Notes: generated from the letters alone by a model not told the origin. Positions 29,372 through 40,145 are shown, counted from the first letter of the stretch. The stretch is 64,000 nt of DNA from Candidatus Bathyarchaeota archaeon (GCA_963782525.1 CAWAKC010000001.1:320001-384000), one strand, 5' to 3'. A program made the numbers and translations.

Positions 29372-30619
29372 ATGACGCATCAAGAATGCATAAACTGCAA
29401 AACAACATACGATATAGATGATATTGTTTACTTCTGCAAGAAATGCGGAGATATTTTGGAGATAAAGTATGACTTCAGAGAGCTAGCCGAAACACTCAAA
29501 GAAAGCGGGTGGATGAGCAAGCCCCTTTCGGTTTGGCGTTATCGCGACTTCATGCCAATTCACGAAACTACCAAAGTCGTCACTTTAAATGAAGGCGGCA
29601 CAGGACTGCACCGATCGGAACGTTTAGGCACAGAGTTAGGACTTAAAAACCTCTACGTTAAAAACGAAGGCGAAAACCCCACAGGCAGCTTCAAAGATAG
29701 AGGCATGACCGTCGGCGTAACCAAAGCCGTTGAACTCGGCGCAAGACACGTCATCTGCGCATCAACTGGAAACACCTCGGCAAGCCTAGCCGCCTACGCA
29801 GCGCGCGCAGGAATACGATGCACGGTCCTGATTCCTTCAGGCAAAATTGCATATGGCAAACTCTCTCAAGCTATGATTCACGGCGCCAAAGTGCTCCAAG
29901 TGAAGGGAAACTTTGATGAAGCCTTAGACTTTGTGCTCAAACTTGCCGAGAAGCACAAGAGTATTTACCTTTTGAATTCGATTAACCCGTTCCGCATTGA
30001 AGGACAAAAATCGCTCGGCTATGAAATCTGCGAGCAACTAAACAACGACGCACCAAACCGAATCATTGTGCCAGTTGGCAACGCCGGAAACATAAGCGCT
30101 ATATGGAAAGGACTAAGCGAATTCTATCAACTTGGCTACATTAAAGAACTGCCCAAAATGACGGGCATACAAGCTGCAGGTTCCGCTCCAATTGCACAGA
30201 TGATTAAAACTAACAGCGATAAAATCATCCCTGTTACAAACCCAGAAACAGTGGCAACAGCCATCCGTATCGGTGCACCAGTAAGCTGGAAGAAAGCCGT
30301 CAACGCGATCCGCGAATCCCAAGGAACCGCTGAAACAGTTACAGATGAGGAGATTTTGGATGCTCAAAAAATCCTTGCCAGGATCGAAGGCATCTTTGTG
30401 GAGCCTGCAAGTGCCTCATCCATCGCTGGTTTAAAGAAACTGGTCAAGAGCGGCGTCATCAGTAAGGATGAACTGGTTGTCTGTGTTACCACCGGGCATG
30501 GACTTAAGGACCCAGACACAGCGGTCAAGATGAGTGAGAAACCAATTGAAGTTGACGCTGACATCTCAGCCATCGAAAACGCATTAGGATTAAAGAAACA
30601 GCCTATTCTTGCAAGGTGA
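29372..30619 (+). CDS. thrC: Threonine synthase
   Basis: NPTGSFKDRG, CASTGNTS, PVGNAGN, TGHGLKD. Confidence 0.95.
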   Translation: MTHQECINCKTTYDIDDIVYFCKKCGDILEIKYDFRELAETLKESGWMSKPLSVWRYRDFMPIHETTKVVTLNEGGTGLHRSERLGTELGLKNLYVKNEGENPTGSFKDRGMTVGVTKAVELGARHVICASTGNTSASLAAYAARAGIRCTVLIPSGKIAYGKLSQAMIHGAKVLQVKGNFDEALDFVLKLAEKHKSIYLLNSINPFRIEGQKSLGYEICEQLNNDAPNRIIVPVGNAGNISAIWKGLSEFYQLGYIKELPKMTGIQAAGSAPIAQMIKTNSDKIIPVTNPETVATAIRIGAPVSWKKAVNAIRESQGTAETVTDEEILDAQKILARIEGIFVEPASASSIAGLKKLVKSGVISKDELVVCVTTGHGLKDPDTAVKMSEKPIEVDADISAIENALGLKKQPILAR

Positions 30620-30624
30620 TATGA

Positions 30625-31669
30625 TTGAGGATTATTTTAGTTGGATATGGTGTAGTCGGGAAAGGCGTAACTACCATTCTTGCGCGTAGATACACTGAAA
30701 AAGTTAAGGATTCTGGGTTTAATCCAAAAATCGTTGCAATTGCCGACATAGACGGTGCAGTCATTAACCCAAGAGGCTTAAGCCCCGAAAAACTCGAAAC
30801 AATAAAACAGCGCGGCTATCCTATATCCGCTGACCCAGAGTTTGGGCGCCCAGGATTACCAGCGATGGAAGTTATTGAATCGGTTGAAGCAGAAGTAGTC
30901 GTTGAAGTCACGCCTGTTAACATCAAGAACGCTGAACCTGCAATATCCCACATCACAAAAGCCTTCAAAACAGGAAAACATGTGGTGACAACTAACAAGG
31001 GACCCTTAGCCTTAGCCATGCCAGCCCTTACCGAACTTGCCGAATACAATAATGTTTACTTGCGGTTCAGCGGCACAGTCGGTGGTGGAACACCCATGCT
31101 TGAATTCGCCAAAAGATGTCTCGCAGGTGACAAAATCTTAGCCATCCGCGGAATCCTGAACGGTACAACTAACTATATCCTAACTGAAATGTCCCAGAAC
31201 CGCGTGTCATTCCAAGATGCTCTTGCAAACGCGCAGAAGCTTGGTTACGCCGAGCGGGAACCATCCATGGACATTGACGGATTCGATAGCGCATGCAAAG
31301 TAGTTATCTTAGCGAACTGGATCCTCAACAAGAAAATTACTCTAAAAGACATTGACCGTAAAGGCATCCGCGATGTATCCCTGCAAGCGCTTGATGAAGC
31401 TGCCAAAAGAGGCAACACCATCAAACTCATCGGCTCCATAGAAGGCGACAAAGCAACTGTGAAACCTACGGAAATCCCCAAAAACAACCCATTATGTGTC
31501 AGTGGAGTCCTAAATGCAATAACCTTCTCAACCGAATTCGCAGGTGAACAAACCCTAGTCGGGAAAGGAGCAGGCGGAATCGAGACTGCCTAGTGCAGTT
31601 TTAAGGGACCTCTTAGACATAAGACATAAGTTAGCAAATCGAATGCTAAATAGTAACTCGGAGACCTAA
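30625..31669 (+). CDS. hom: Homoserine dehydrogenase, with +1 frameshift near 31590
   Basis: GYGVVG, VVTTNKGP, GILNGTTNY; the conserved GAG..ETA-SAVLRDL continues in the +1 frame to TAA at 31669. Confidence 0.9.
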
Positions 31670-31671
31670 AA

Positions 31672-33081
31672 ATGAAGTTAGTAATGAAGTTCGGCGGCAC
31701 CAGCGTTGGCACAGGCGAAAACATACGCCACGTTGCAGGTTTAGTCACCAAATATGCCAAGAAGGATTATAGCGTAGCTGTGGTTGTTTCGGCTTTGGCA
31801 GGTGTTACAAACAGCCTCTTTGAAGTTGCTTGCCAAGCCAAAAAAAGCAATGAAAAAGACATCCAAGCTTTCACCAAAGAACTGCGAAAAAAGCATACAG
31901 ACGCCATTTCAACCGCCATAACAAGCAAACAAATCCAAAAAGAAGTTACTCAAATAACCGATAAAACTATCGAGGAACTCGAAAAAGTTTTAACTGGCAT
32001 CTGCTACGTTGGCGAACTCACACCTAAATCCAAAGACTACGTTGTATCTTTTGGGGAAAGGTTGTCTGCACCCGTCGTTTGGGGAGCAATAAAAGATCAC
32101 AAAGCCGAGAGTCAATTCTTCACAGGCAAAGATGCAGGTATAGTTACAGACTCCAACTTCGGAGAAGCAGACCCACTCATCAACTTTACCACACACCTCA
32201 TCCGTGAACGATTGGAACCGCTGCTCGAGAGTCAGGTTATCCCAGTTGTAACTGGGTTTATCGCTGCAAATCAAGATGGTATCGTTACAACTGTTGGCCG
32301 AGGCGGCTCTGATTACACAGCTACTATATTAGGCATGGCTTTGAATGTTGATGAAGTCTGGATATGGACAGACGTAGACGGTATAATGACCACTGATCCC
32401 AAAATCGTTCCTTCAGCGAAAATGCTTCCACAACTGAGCTACCAAGAAGCTGCGGAAATGGCGATTTTCGGCGCAAAAGCTATGCACCCTCGAGCACTGG
32501 GGCCAGCCATCAGAGGAAACATTCCAGTTCGGATACGCAGCATTTTCCACCCAGAAAACCCTGGCACACTCATAACTAAAGAACCAAACGCAAAAGTCAC
32601 CGAAGCCGTAAAAGCAGTAGCCATGATAAAAGACGTCGCAATGCTAAACGTCAACGGCGCAGGCATGGTGGGTGCACCAGGAAGCTACGCCAAAGTCTTC
32701 GACGTCCTCGGCAGGAACAACATCAACGTAATGATGATATCCACCGCAGCTTCAGAAGCCAACATCTCCATGATAATCAAACGCGGAGTCCTAGGCAGAG
32801 CAATCAGCAACCTCGAAATTGCTTTGCTTGAGCGAGACGGAATAGTCAGTGAAGTTTCAGCCGAAGACGATGTTGCAGTGATCGCAGTCATGGGCGCCAA
32901 CATGAAGGGTACACTCGGTGTCGCTTCAAGAATATTTAGTACTGTCGCCAAGAAAGGCATCAACATCCGCATGATTGCACAAGGCAGCTCAGAACTCAAC
33001 ATTTCGTTTGTCGTCAAAGAAAAAGACGGCATAGCGGTTGTCCAAGCGATTCATGAAGAATTCAATTTAGACAAAAATTAA
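31672..33081 (+). CDS. lysC: Aspartate kinase with two ACT domains
   Basis: MKFGGTSV, GRGGSDY, WTDVDG, QGSSELNIS. Confidence 0.95.
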   Translation: MKLVMKFGGTSVGTGENIRHVAGLVTKYAKKDYSVAVVVSALAGVTNSLFEVACQAKKSNEKDIQAFTKELRKKHTDAISTAITSKQIQKEVTQITDKTIEELEKVLTGICYVGELTPKSKDYVVSFGERLSAPVVWGAIKDHKAESQFFTGKDAGIVTDSNFGEADPLINFTTHLIRERLEPLLESQVIPVVTGFIAANQDGIVTTVGRGGSDYTATILGMALNVDEVWIWTDVDGIMTTDPKIVPSAKMLPQLSYQEAAEMAIFGAKAMHPRALGPAIRGNIPVRIRSIFHPENPGTLITKEPNAKVTEAVKAVAMIKDVAMLNVNGAGMVGAPGSYAKVFDVLGRNNINVMMISTAASEANISMIIKRGVLGRAISNLEIALLERDGIVSEVSAEDDVAVIAVMGANMKGTLGVASRIFSTVAKKGINIRMIAQGSSELNISFVVKEKDGIAVVQAIHEEFNLDKN

Positions 33082-33163
33082 ACCCAACTCTCAATTTTTC
33101 AATTTTTATTTAAGATTAATTAACTATTCCTACTGACAAACTAATCAAGCATGAGAAGATTCA

Positions 33164-33481
33164 ATGGAAACAAAATCCAAAAAATTTTATTTCCAAGAAA
33201 TGGATTGCATAGTTTGCTTTCCAAACGATGGGAATGAGGGAAGAAAATACCTCTTCTATTCGGTACGGTTTATTGACCGAAGAAACAAGCAGAGCAAACC
33301 CCACGCCGTTTTGGCCGACGTTGTTGATAGTCCAATGTTTGAAAAAGGGTATCCTCATACTGTTGGTTTCTTCAGAAGTTCGATCGATGAGAAGGACAAT
33401 TTTGAAGCGAATTTTTTGGAGTTAAGGATTATCCGGTGTATTGAGGAGTTCTGGAAGTTTCTAAACGACTTAAACATCTAA
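33164..33481 (+). CDS. Hypothetical protein
   Basis: 105-aa ORF filling the gap, with upstream AT-rich promoter-like region. Confidence 0.6.
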   Translation: METKSKKFYFQEMDCIVCFPNDGNEGRKYLFYSVRFIDRRNKQSKPHAVLADVVDSPMFEKGYPHTVGFFRSSIDEKDNFEANFLELRIIRCIEEFWKFLNDLNI

Positions 33482-36135
33482 GGAGGAAGGGACAGCGTCA
33501 TGTTTACTGAGTATTCGTCTGATGATTTAGACGTAAATCCTTTGTTTTTGCATAGAGTGAGCATCTTTGTATTTTCGGGGCTTATTTCGCTATAGATTAT
33601 TTCTAGTTTTAAGTCCTTGCCGATGTCGATGATGTAATCTGTAAGCTTTGTTCCTAATCCTAACCCATGCCACGAATCACTCACCATGACTGCGAATTCC
33701 CCGTTTTTTCTTTCAGAATCAAGAATTAACCTTACAACCCCGATGAGATTGCCATCCTCAAGTTGAGCAACTATCGCTATTTCCCTGTCGTAATCCAAAT
33801 TACAGTACCTAGACAAGGTATCATGCGACATTTCTTTTATAGTCTCAAAAAACCTAAAACGTACACTCTCTTCCGATAAAGATTTGAAGAGTGCATTGAA
33901 ACGGTTTTCATCCTCAGGCTTTATAGATCGAAAAGTCACTTTTGCACCGTTTTTTAGAGTACGCTGGGTTACATACTTTTTTGGGTATGGTGCGATAACT
34001 AGATTTTCTGAGTGTTCAGCACCTTGATGCAGAAACATGTGCAAGTCTAACACAATTTGAGCGTCCACAGCGCATGCTTTGCCATCCTTGATAACAATGG
34101 GGTTTACATCAATTTTTTTTATCTCTGGAAAATCGACTGCAAGCTGAGAAAACCGAATCAAAATTTCCTCAATTAAAGCATTTGCAAACTTTTCCGAGCA
34201 GACAGCGTCTTTGCAGTATTGAACCGCTTTCGTGTTTTCCATAATTTGCTTCGCAAGAACCTGGTTTAGAGGCGGAAAACCAACACTCAATTCCCGGTCC
34301 TTCTCGATTAAAGCTCCTCCTGTCCCCAAACAGATAATAGAACCAAACTGAGGGTCCTTTCTTAACCCTAAAAACAGTTTGCAGGGAGCGTAGAGGACTT
34401 TGGGCTGTATCGCTATCCCTTGGAAGTCAACTATTTTGCCGATACCCATTTCATCTGCCAATTGGGTGAATTGAAAAGCGAGTTGGGCAGGAGAAAAAAC
34501 ATCGTAGGCAAGGGTTTGGGTTTCAAGTTTAAGAGAGTATTGGGTGCCGAGCGGTTTCATTGTTACTGGGTACCCGAGTTGTGAAGCAAAAGCAGCGGAT
34601 TCGTCAGCTGTTTTAGCTATAACTGTTTTCACGACAGGTATTTTGTAGGCTTCTAAGAATTTGAAAGATTCAGGCAAATTCAAAGTTTTTCTGCCCTCAC
34701 TGTACGCACGCCTCAAAATTCCCTTGAGATGAATCGGTGAAGTGCGGTCTATGGAAATTTCGTCTGGAGTTTGATAAAGCAACTCCAGGTTTTGGGTGTG
34801 AGCATAGATGTTCATGAAGGTTCTCACGGCTTCCTGAGGGCTTCGGAACGTTGGAACACTGTTTCTATGCAATATGCGTCTTGCTTCTTGGCATTGGGGA
34901 TCTTCCCCCAGTAGACAAACGAATATGTTTTTTCTAGTTTGCTTAGCCGAATCGATAACGGTGTTGGCTAAGCTCAGAGGATCCGTCAACCCCGTAGGCG
35001 CATACATAACGAGAAGACTACTGTTTGAGTTATCGGTTATGCACGTTTGAATTACTTTTCGGTATCTTTCAGGCGTTGCTTCTTCCAGGAGGTCAATGGG
35101 ATTAGTTAAACCGCAATAGTAGGGCAAAATGTTCCTTAAGGCTTGAATAGTAGAACTGCTTATTTCTGCAAGTTTGCCGCCGCGCCTGTTTATTTGGTCT
35201 ATAGCCATCAAAGCTGGTCCTCCAGCGTTTGTTATTATGGTTAAGTCGGGCGCAGTTGGGCTAGGCTGCATCAACAAGGTTTTAGCGCAGTCAAAAACGC
35301 CATTCAGGGTTTCAACTCTAACAACTCCGCTCCTTCTAAACGCAGCGTCATGTATAGCTTCGTTAAGGTTACAGGTATCTGAGGTTCCGAGATTTTGGGT
35401 TTCATCGGCTCTGTTGGGTTTAACTATGATGATTGGTTTTGTTTTTGCATAGCCTCTTGCTGCACTAATGAAACTTCTTGCGTTTTTTATGGATTCAACG
35501 TAGAGCATTATGATTCTTGTTTGAGAGTCGTTCCCAAAGTATTCAATCAAATCGCCAACGTCAACATCGATGGATTGACCCATCGAGACAACTGCACTAA
35601 GCCCAACTTGGGTTTCCAAAGACCAATCCAAGGCTGAACCACAAAATGCTCCACTCTGAGAAATGAAGGCGATTTTTCCAGGCACCGCTTTCTTTTCCGC
35701 AAAAGTTGCATACAGATTTGAGTTTGGTCTTATGATTCCAAAGCTGTTTGGGCCAATTATCTTCAACCCATAAGCTTTTTTGCTCTCAAGAATTCGCTGG
35801 GTAAGCTCTCGACCAACTTTACTGCATTCATCAAAACCTGCTGAAACAATGACAGCATTCAAAACGCCCGCCATACCGCACTCTTCAACAATTTGGGGAA
35901 CCGTGTGTGCGGGTGTTGCTATGATTGCAAGGTCTACTTTGGAGGGCACACGATCTATGCTGGGATAAGCAACAATTCCTTGAACTGTTTTCCTAAAAGA
36001 ATTAACAGGAAAAATTTTTCCTTGGTATGTCCCAATTAGGTTACGGAGAATTCGTGCGCCTAAAGAATCGACTCGTTCGCTTGCCCCAATAACAGCGATT
36101 GCTTGGGGACTGAAAAATCCCCGAAGATTTCCCAT
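33478..36135 (-). CDS. NDP-forming acyl-CoA synthetase-like domain fused to GNAT (Pat-type lysine acetyltransferase)
   Basis: AVIGAS, IIGPNSFG, ISQSGA, ATP-grasp, C-terminal 'RFRFF...DYDREIA...HGLGLG'. Confidence 0.88.
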   Translation of the reverse strand: MGNLRGFFSPQAIAVIGASERVDSLGARILRNLIGTYQGKIFPVNSFRKTVQGIVAYPSIDRVPSKVDLAIIATPAHTVPQIVEECGMAGVLNAVIVSAGFDECSKVGRELTQRILESKKAYGLKIIGPNSFGIIRPNSNLYATFAEKKAVPGKIAFISQSGAFCGSALDWSLETQVGLSAVVSMGQSIDVDVGDLIEYFGNDSQTRIIMLYVESIKNARSFISAARGYAKTKPIIIVKPNRADETQNLGTSDTCNLNEAIHDAAFRRSGVVRVETLNGVFDCAKTLLMQPSPTAPDLTIITNAGGPALMAIDQINRRGGKLAEISSSTIQALRNILPYYCGLTNPIDLLEEATPERYRKVIQTCITDNSNSSLLVMYAPTGLTDPLSLANTVIDSAKQTRKNIFVCLLGEDPQCQEARRILHRNSVPTFRSPQEAVRTFMNIYAHTQNLELLYQTPDEISIDRTSPIHLKGILRRAYSEGRKTLNLPESFKFLEAYKIPVVKTVIAKTADESAAFASQLGYPVTMKPLGTQYSLKLETQTLAYDVFSPAQLAFQFTQLADEMGIGKIVDFQGIAIQPKVLYAPCKLFLGLRKDPQFGSIICLGTGGALIEKDRELSVGFPPLNQVLAKQIMENTKAVQYCKDAVCSEKFANALIEEILIRFSQLAVDFPEIKKIDVNPIVIKDGKACAVDAQIVLDLHMFLHQGAEHSENLVIAPYPKKYVTQRTLKNGAKVTFRSIKPEDENRFNALFKSLSEESVRFRFFETIKEMSHDTLSRYCNLDYDREIAIVAQLEDGNLIGVVRLILDSERKNGEFAVMVSDSWHGLGLGTKLTDYIIDIGKDLKLEIIYSEISPENTKMLTLCKNKGFTSKSSDEYSVNMTLSLPP

Positions 36136-36180
36136 ACCCGCTCATCCCCTTAGTGGTTAATAGAAAAGTTAGTGATTAGG

Positions 36181-37488
36181 TCAAACCAATTTAACCACGT
36201 GTGTGGAGCAGGAAATGCATGGGTCGTATGCGCGTACTAACATTTCTAATGCGAGCTCGATTTCTTTTTGAGATTTTTGCGCAATCTGCGGTACAAGTGC
36301 TTTCATGTCCAACGATATGTTGCCGTGGTTTTGGTTGGTTGGGATGACGCAGTTGGCTTTTGTGCACACTCCTTTATCGTTGTATGAGTAATCGTGGAAT
36401 AGTATGCCTCGGGGGACTTCTACGGCTCCGACGCCGCTGCCTGCCTTGACTTTTATGGTTGGGTTGTTGTAGTCAGGTTGGGTTTTAAGTCCTGCAGCTT
36501 CAAGTTCGTTGATTAATCCTATAGAGTCTTCAACGCTGTGAACAGTCTCAACTAACTGGGCAATGCTGTTCATGAAAGGATTATAACACAATGGTTTGAG
36601 GTTGAACATTTCCGCAACCGTTTGAGCCATGGGTGAGAGTCTCTTGTAGTTGAGGTTGAGTCTTGCTAATGCACCGACCATGTAGGAGTCTCGGCTGTGT
36701 TTTGCCCATTTAGCAGTTGACTGCGGGACGACAAATTCGTTTGTGTATGTGAAGTATTCTTTTGCTGGTGCTGCTCCAGTGTCAGATGAGGCTATTTCTC
36801 CGTCGTAGAGTGCGTATTCGTTGGGGTTTGTTAGAGCAATGAATTCAGTTTCTCGCTCAAAGTTGGGAAAATTACCTGCTAAACTCTTAAACAAGCTAGC
36901 CACTGCTTTAAGGTTTGGAACAGAATCCTGCAGTTTCCGCCTCATAACCGCCAACTCCTTCATCGAAGGGATTTTAGAGAATCCGCCAGGGATCAGCCTT
37001 TGTGGGTGAGTGGTTCTGCCGCATAGAAGAATTGACATTTCGTTTGCGATTCTATGTAGTTGGAGAACAATTTTAACTTCAGCTAGATTCGTTGAGGCAA
37101 GAGGGATAACTGAGCCTACACCCATCAAGTCGGGTAGAACTAGAAATCCCAAATGTAGAACGTGACTTTGCATGTTCTCAGCGTGGAGGGCTAACTTTCG
37201 CAGTTTCAAATCCTGTTCACTTATGGGTATTCCCATTGCTGCTTCAGTGGCTTTCAACGAGGCAAGTGTATGACCTATGGAACAAATACCGCATATGCGA
37301 GATGTAATGTGGTGTAGCTCGTTCCAAGAGCGCCCTACAACCATGGCTTCGAAGAATCTTGGTGCTTCAGGGATACTCCATTCACATTTTTCTACGGTGC
37401 CATTTCTGATGGATACGTTGATGTTTCCGTGTCCTTCTACTCTTGTTATGTGATGGACATTTACGTCGACATTTTTAGATTCGCTCAT
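36181..37488 (-). CDS. hydA: Group 3b [NiFe]-hydrogenase large (alpha) subunit
   Basis: TRVEGHG, RICGIC, DPCISCSTH. Confidence 0.93.
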   Translation of the reverse strand: MSESKNVDVNVHHITRVEGHGNINVSIRNGTVEKCEWSIPEAPRFFEAMVVGRSWNELHHITSRICGICSIGHTLASLKATEAAMGIPISEQDLKLRKLALHAENMQSHVLHLGFLVLPDLMGVGSVIPLASTNLAEVKIVLQLHRIANEMSILLCGRTTHPQRLIPGGFSKIPSMKELAVMRRKLQDSVPNLKAVASLFKSLAGNFPNFERETEFIALTNPNEYALYDGEIASSDTGAAPAKEYFTYTNEFVVPQSTAKWAKHSRDSYMVGALARLNLNYKRLSPMAQTVAEMFNLKPLCYNPFMNSIAQLVETVHSVEDSIGLINELEAAGLKTQPDYNNPTIKVKAGSGVGAVEVPRGILFHDYSYNDKGVCTKANCVIPTNQNHGNISLDMKALVPQIAQKSQKEIELALEMLVRAYDPCISCSTHVVKLV

Positions 37489-38222
37489 CTTTTTGCCTCC
37501 TGCCAACCAAAATATAACCTAAACTTAGCTATTGCATCATCTACATTTTGACCGTACTTGATGAGAACTTCTTTTTGGGAATTCTCGTTTGGATTATCGA
37601 CCAACCCTCGGCAGCCCCAGCAGATTGTGCCCTCATTAACGCAACATGAGTTACAGCCGGCTCTGGTAACTGTTCCAACGCAGTATTGGCCACGTTCAAA
37701 AGCGCAGACATTCTCGTTTTTTTTGCATTCCACACAAACTGGGTAGGTGGGTGTTTCAGGCTTCTTTCCCATCAAGAGTGATTTGACCACTTGCAGGAAA
37801 TCTTCTCTGTCGATTGGGCATCCATAAACGTAGGCATCCACTGGGATAACGGCGTCTATGGGTCTCGCAGCGTAGGAGTCAAAGAGTCTTGCGCTTTCGT
37901 CATATACCATTTTTTTAACTGCATCTAAATCTTTGTAGTTTCTCAGCGAATTGATGCCACCGATGGCAGCGCAGGATCCGATTGCTACAACGGTTTTAGC
38001 GTTTTTTCGTATTTGTTTGAGTCTATCTTCGTCTTGCAGTCTTGTGCATGAACCTTCCACGAAGGCGATATCATAGTTATCGCTTTGTTCTTTCATGACT
38101 TCCCTGAAAGTCACAACTTCCACTTGACCCAAAAGAGCTAACAAGTCTTCTTCAAGGTTCGCAATTTGGAGCTGGTCGCCTTCGCAGCCAGCAAAATCAA
38201 AGAATGCAACTTTAGGTTTCAT
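37485..38222 (-). CDS. hydD: Group 3b hydrogenase small (delta) subunit
   Basis: GCEGDQ, VEGS, GSCA..GG, YGCP, distal Cys cluster. Confidence 0.92.
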   Translation of the reverse strand: MKPKVAFFDFAGCEGDQLQIANLEEDLLALLGQVEVVTFREVMKEQSDNYDIAFVEGSCTRLQDEDRLKQIRKNAKTVVAIGSCAAIGGINSLRNYKDLDAVKKMVYDESARLFDSYAARPIDAVIPVDAYVYGCPIDREDFLQVVKSLLMGKKPETPTYPVCVECKKNENVCAFERGQYCVGTVTRAGCNSCCVNEGTICWGCRGLVDNPNENSQKEVLIKYGQNVDDAIAKFRLYFGWQEAKR

Positions 38223-40145
38223 TTATAGCGCCTCCGGAACACCTTTTATTTTTGCATAATTAAAAACAGGACCGTCCTTGCAGACATATATTTGATTGAT
38301 TTGGCAGTGCCCGCATTTGCCTACCCCGCATTTCATTCTGCGTTCAAGCGACATTATAATGTGGTCGTCTGGCACCATTTTTTTCTTCAAATCTGCAATA
38401 ACAAATTTGTACATAACTGGAGGGCCGCAGAGTATGGCGAGGGTTTGTTCTGGGTCGAAGGTCACTTGGGGAATAAGCGTTGTTATCACGCCGATGTTGC
38501 CCGTCCAGACATCGTTTTCGGGGCACCAGTTGACGGTTGATTTAAACTCAACATCATCTCTTGATGCTAAGGCAATCATTTCTTCCCCGAAAAGCAACTC
38601 CTTAGGTTCCTTGCATCCATAGAGCAGGAAAACTTTTCCGTAATCTTTCCGATTATCCAGCACATAGTTGAACAGTGAGCGGAGAGGAGCAATTCCCAAG
38701 CCACCTGCAATGAACAAGAGGTCTTTGTTTTTAAGCGAATCAACGTCAAAGCCGTTTCCGAAGGGTCCTCGAATTCCCACTTTGTCGCCCTCGTTAAGTT
38801 TGTGCAGTCTAGTGGTGACATTTCCTAGTTTACGGACGCAGATTTCAAACGTGCCCTTCTTTGTGGGCGGAGAAGACAACGAAATCGGCGCTTCACCAAT
38901 GCCGAACGCTGAAACCTCGACAAACTGGCCTGGTTTATGATTTAGCTCTGAACCATCGTCTAATTTTATTTCAAAGAGGGTTTCAAGAGCAGTCATCGGG
39001 GTTTTTTTGACTATGGTTGCCAGTTTAGGTACGAAGTTGATGTTTCCTTCCGTTTGAATGTTTATGTCAAGGGCGGCGGATGTTGCTAACTGACTTCCGC
39101 TGATTTGACTTTCATGATACATATCGTTGAAAAGGTCAACTGGATTTGCTATGTTTGGGAGACAGTTTGAGGAGCATCTGCCACATCCAACACAGGAGAC
39201 GAAGCCGAAGCGGTCAAAGAGGTATTTTCCTTTTTTGAAGTAACGGTGACGATACCTTGTGGGTCTAGTGGCACGGAAGTTTTCTCCTGATGCTATCTTG
39301 GCGAAATCTTCCAATAAACAGCCGTCCCATGTTCGGATTCTTTCGCCTGCCTCCAAAGTTAGGTCAGGGTTATCTTTAACGTCAAAGCAGTAGCAAGTGG
39401 GACATACCAAGACGCATGAGCCACATGCTAAACATTTTTCGGAGTGCTTTTCCCAGAAGCCACTTTTTCCATAGCTGTCTTTGAGCAGCTCTGGAATTAG
39501 TTCAGGGTTAAAGTCGAAGTTTTGCTGTGAGAGATTCATTATTTCTCTTTTTTTCTGTCCAGCAACCTGTATGTCACGTGCCAAAGCGGTGGTTACGTTC
39601 TTTGCGTATTTGGAGAGTAATTCTTCTCCTTTTTGAGATCCGACGTTTATCACATACCTGTTGCCTAAGTCGGTTAACATGAGGTCGAAGCCATAGTCAA
39701 CGGAAGAGGCCCCCATGTACGATGAGAAATTCCATTTTGACAGTTTTTGGATGTTAACGCCTATGATTATGGAGGATTCGCGTTTTTGGAAGTAATATGG
39801 GTCTGATTTTGTCTCTCTAAAAATTTCGTCCATATGGAGCAATGCAACAATGTCGTAGGGGTGTACACCTATTATCACCATGGGTTTTGTTTCGTCAGGT
39901 TGTTTGGCGGAGAATCCACCTGACAAAGCATAAGTAAACAATGTTTCTCGTTGGGGGAAATAGTATTTTTTTGGAGGCAGCAAAGTGACGTCGTAGTCAA
40001 GCCGCAGTTCCTCAGCTGTTTGTAGCGGGGCAAAGGCAAATTTGTTGCCTCTGGATTTCACTCCAATTACATTTAAAGAATCATCTTTAATCAGGTTGTT
40101 TACGAAATCGTTAAAATCATCCTTTGAAATGACCTTCATGACCAT
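38223..40145 (-). CDS. Fused sulfhydrogenase beta (AsrA-like 4Fe-4S) and gamma (FAD/NAD(P)-binding) subunits
   Basis: CLACGSCVLVCPTCYCF and CVGCGRC, followed by PGQF, GPFGNG, AGGLGIAP, ERRMKCGVGKCGHC. Confidence 0.9.
   Translation of the reverse strand: MVMKVISKDDFNDFVNNLIKDDSLNVIGVKSRGNKFAFAPLQTAEELRLDYDVTLLPPKKYYFPQRETLFTYALSGGFSAKQPDETKPMVIIGVHPYDIVALLHMDEIFRETKSDPYYFQKRESSIIIGVNIQKLSKWNFSSYMGASSVDYGFDLMLTDLGNRYVINVGSQKGEELLSKYAKNVTTALARDIQVAGQKKREIMNLSQQNFDFNPELIPELLKDSYGKSGFWEKHSEKCLACGSCVLVCPTCYCFDVKDNPDLTLEAGERIRTWDGCLLEDFAKIASGENFRATRPTRYRHRYFKKGKYLFDRFGFVSCVGCGRCSSNCLPNIANPVDLFNDMYHESQISGSQLATSAALDINIQTEGNINFVPKLATIVKKTPMTALETLFEIKLDDGSELNHKPGQFVEVSAFGIGEAPISLSSPPTKKGTFEICVRKLGNVTTRLHKLNEGDKVGIRGPFGNGFDVDSLKNKDLLFIAGGLGIAPLRSLFNYVLDNRKDYGKVFLLYGCKEPKELLFGEEMIALASRDDVEFKSTVNWCPENDVWTGNIGVITTLIPQVTFDPEQTLAILCGPPVMYKFVIADLKKKMVPDDHIIMSLERRMKCGVGKCGHCQINQIYVCKDGPVFNYAKIKGVPEAL

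Noticed and set aside
31591-31593. Pyrrolysine or UAG read-through in hom
   Set aside because: The conserved continuation is in the +1 frame, not in frame, and no pyl genes are present.
36181-36210. Unusually short C-terminal extension of the hydrogenase large subunit
   Set aside because: A 4-5 residue tail after the His is normal for group 3b enzymes.
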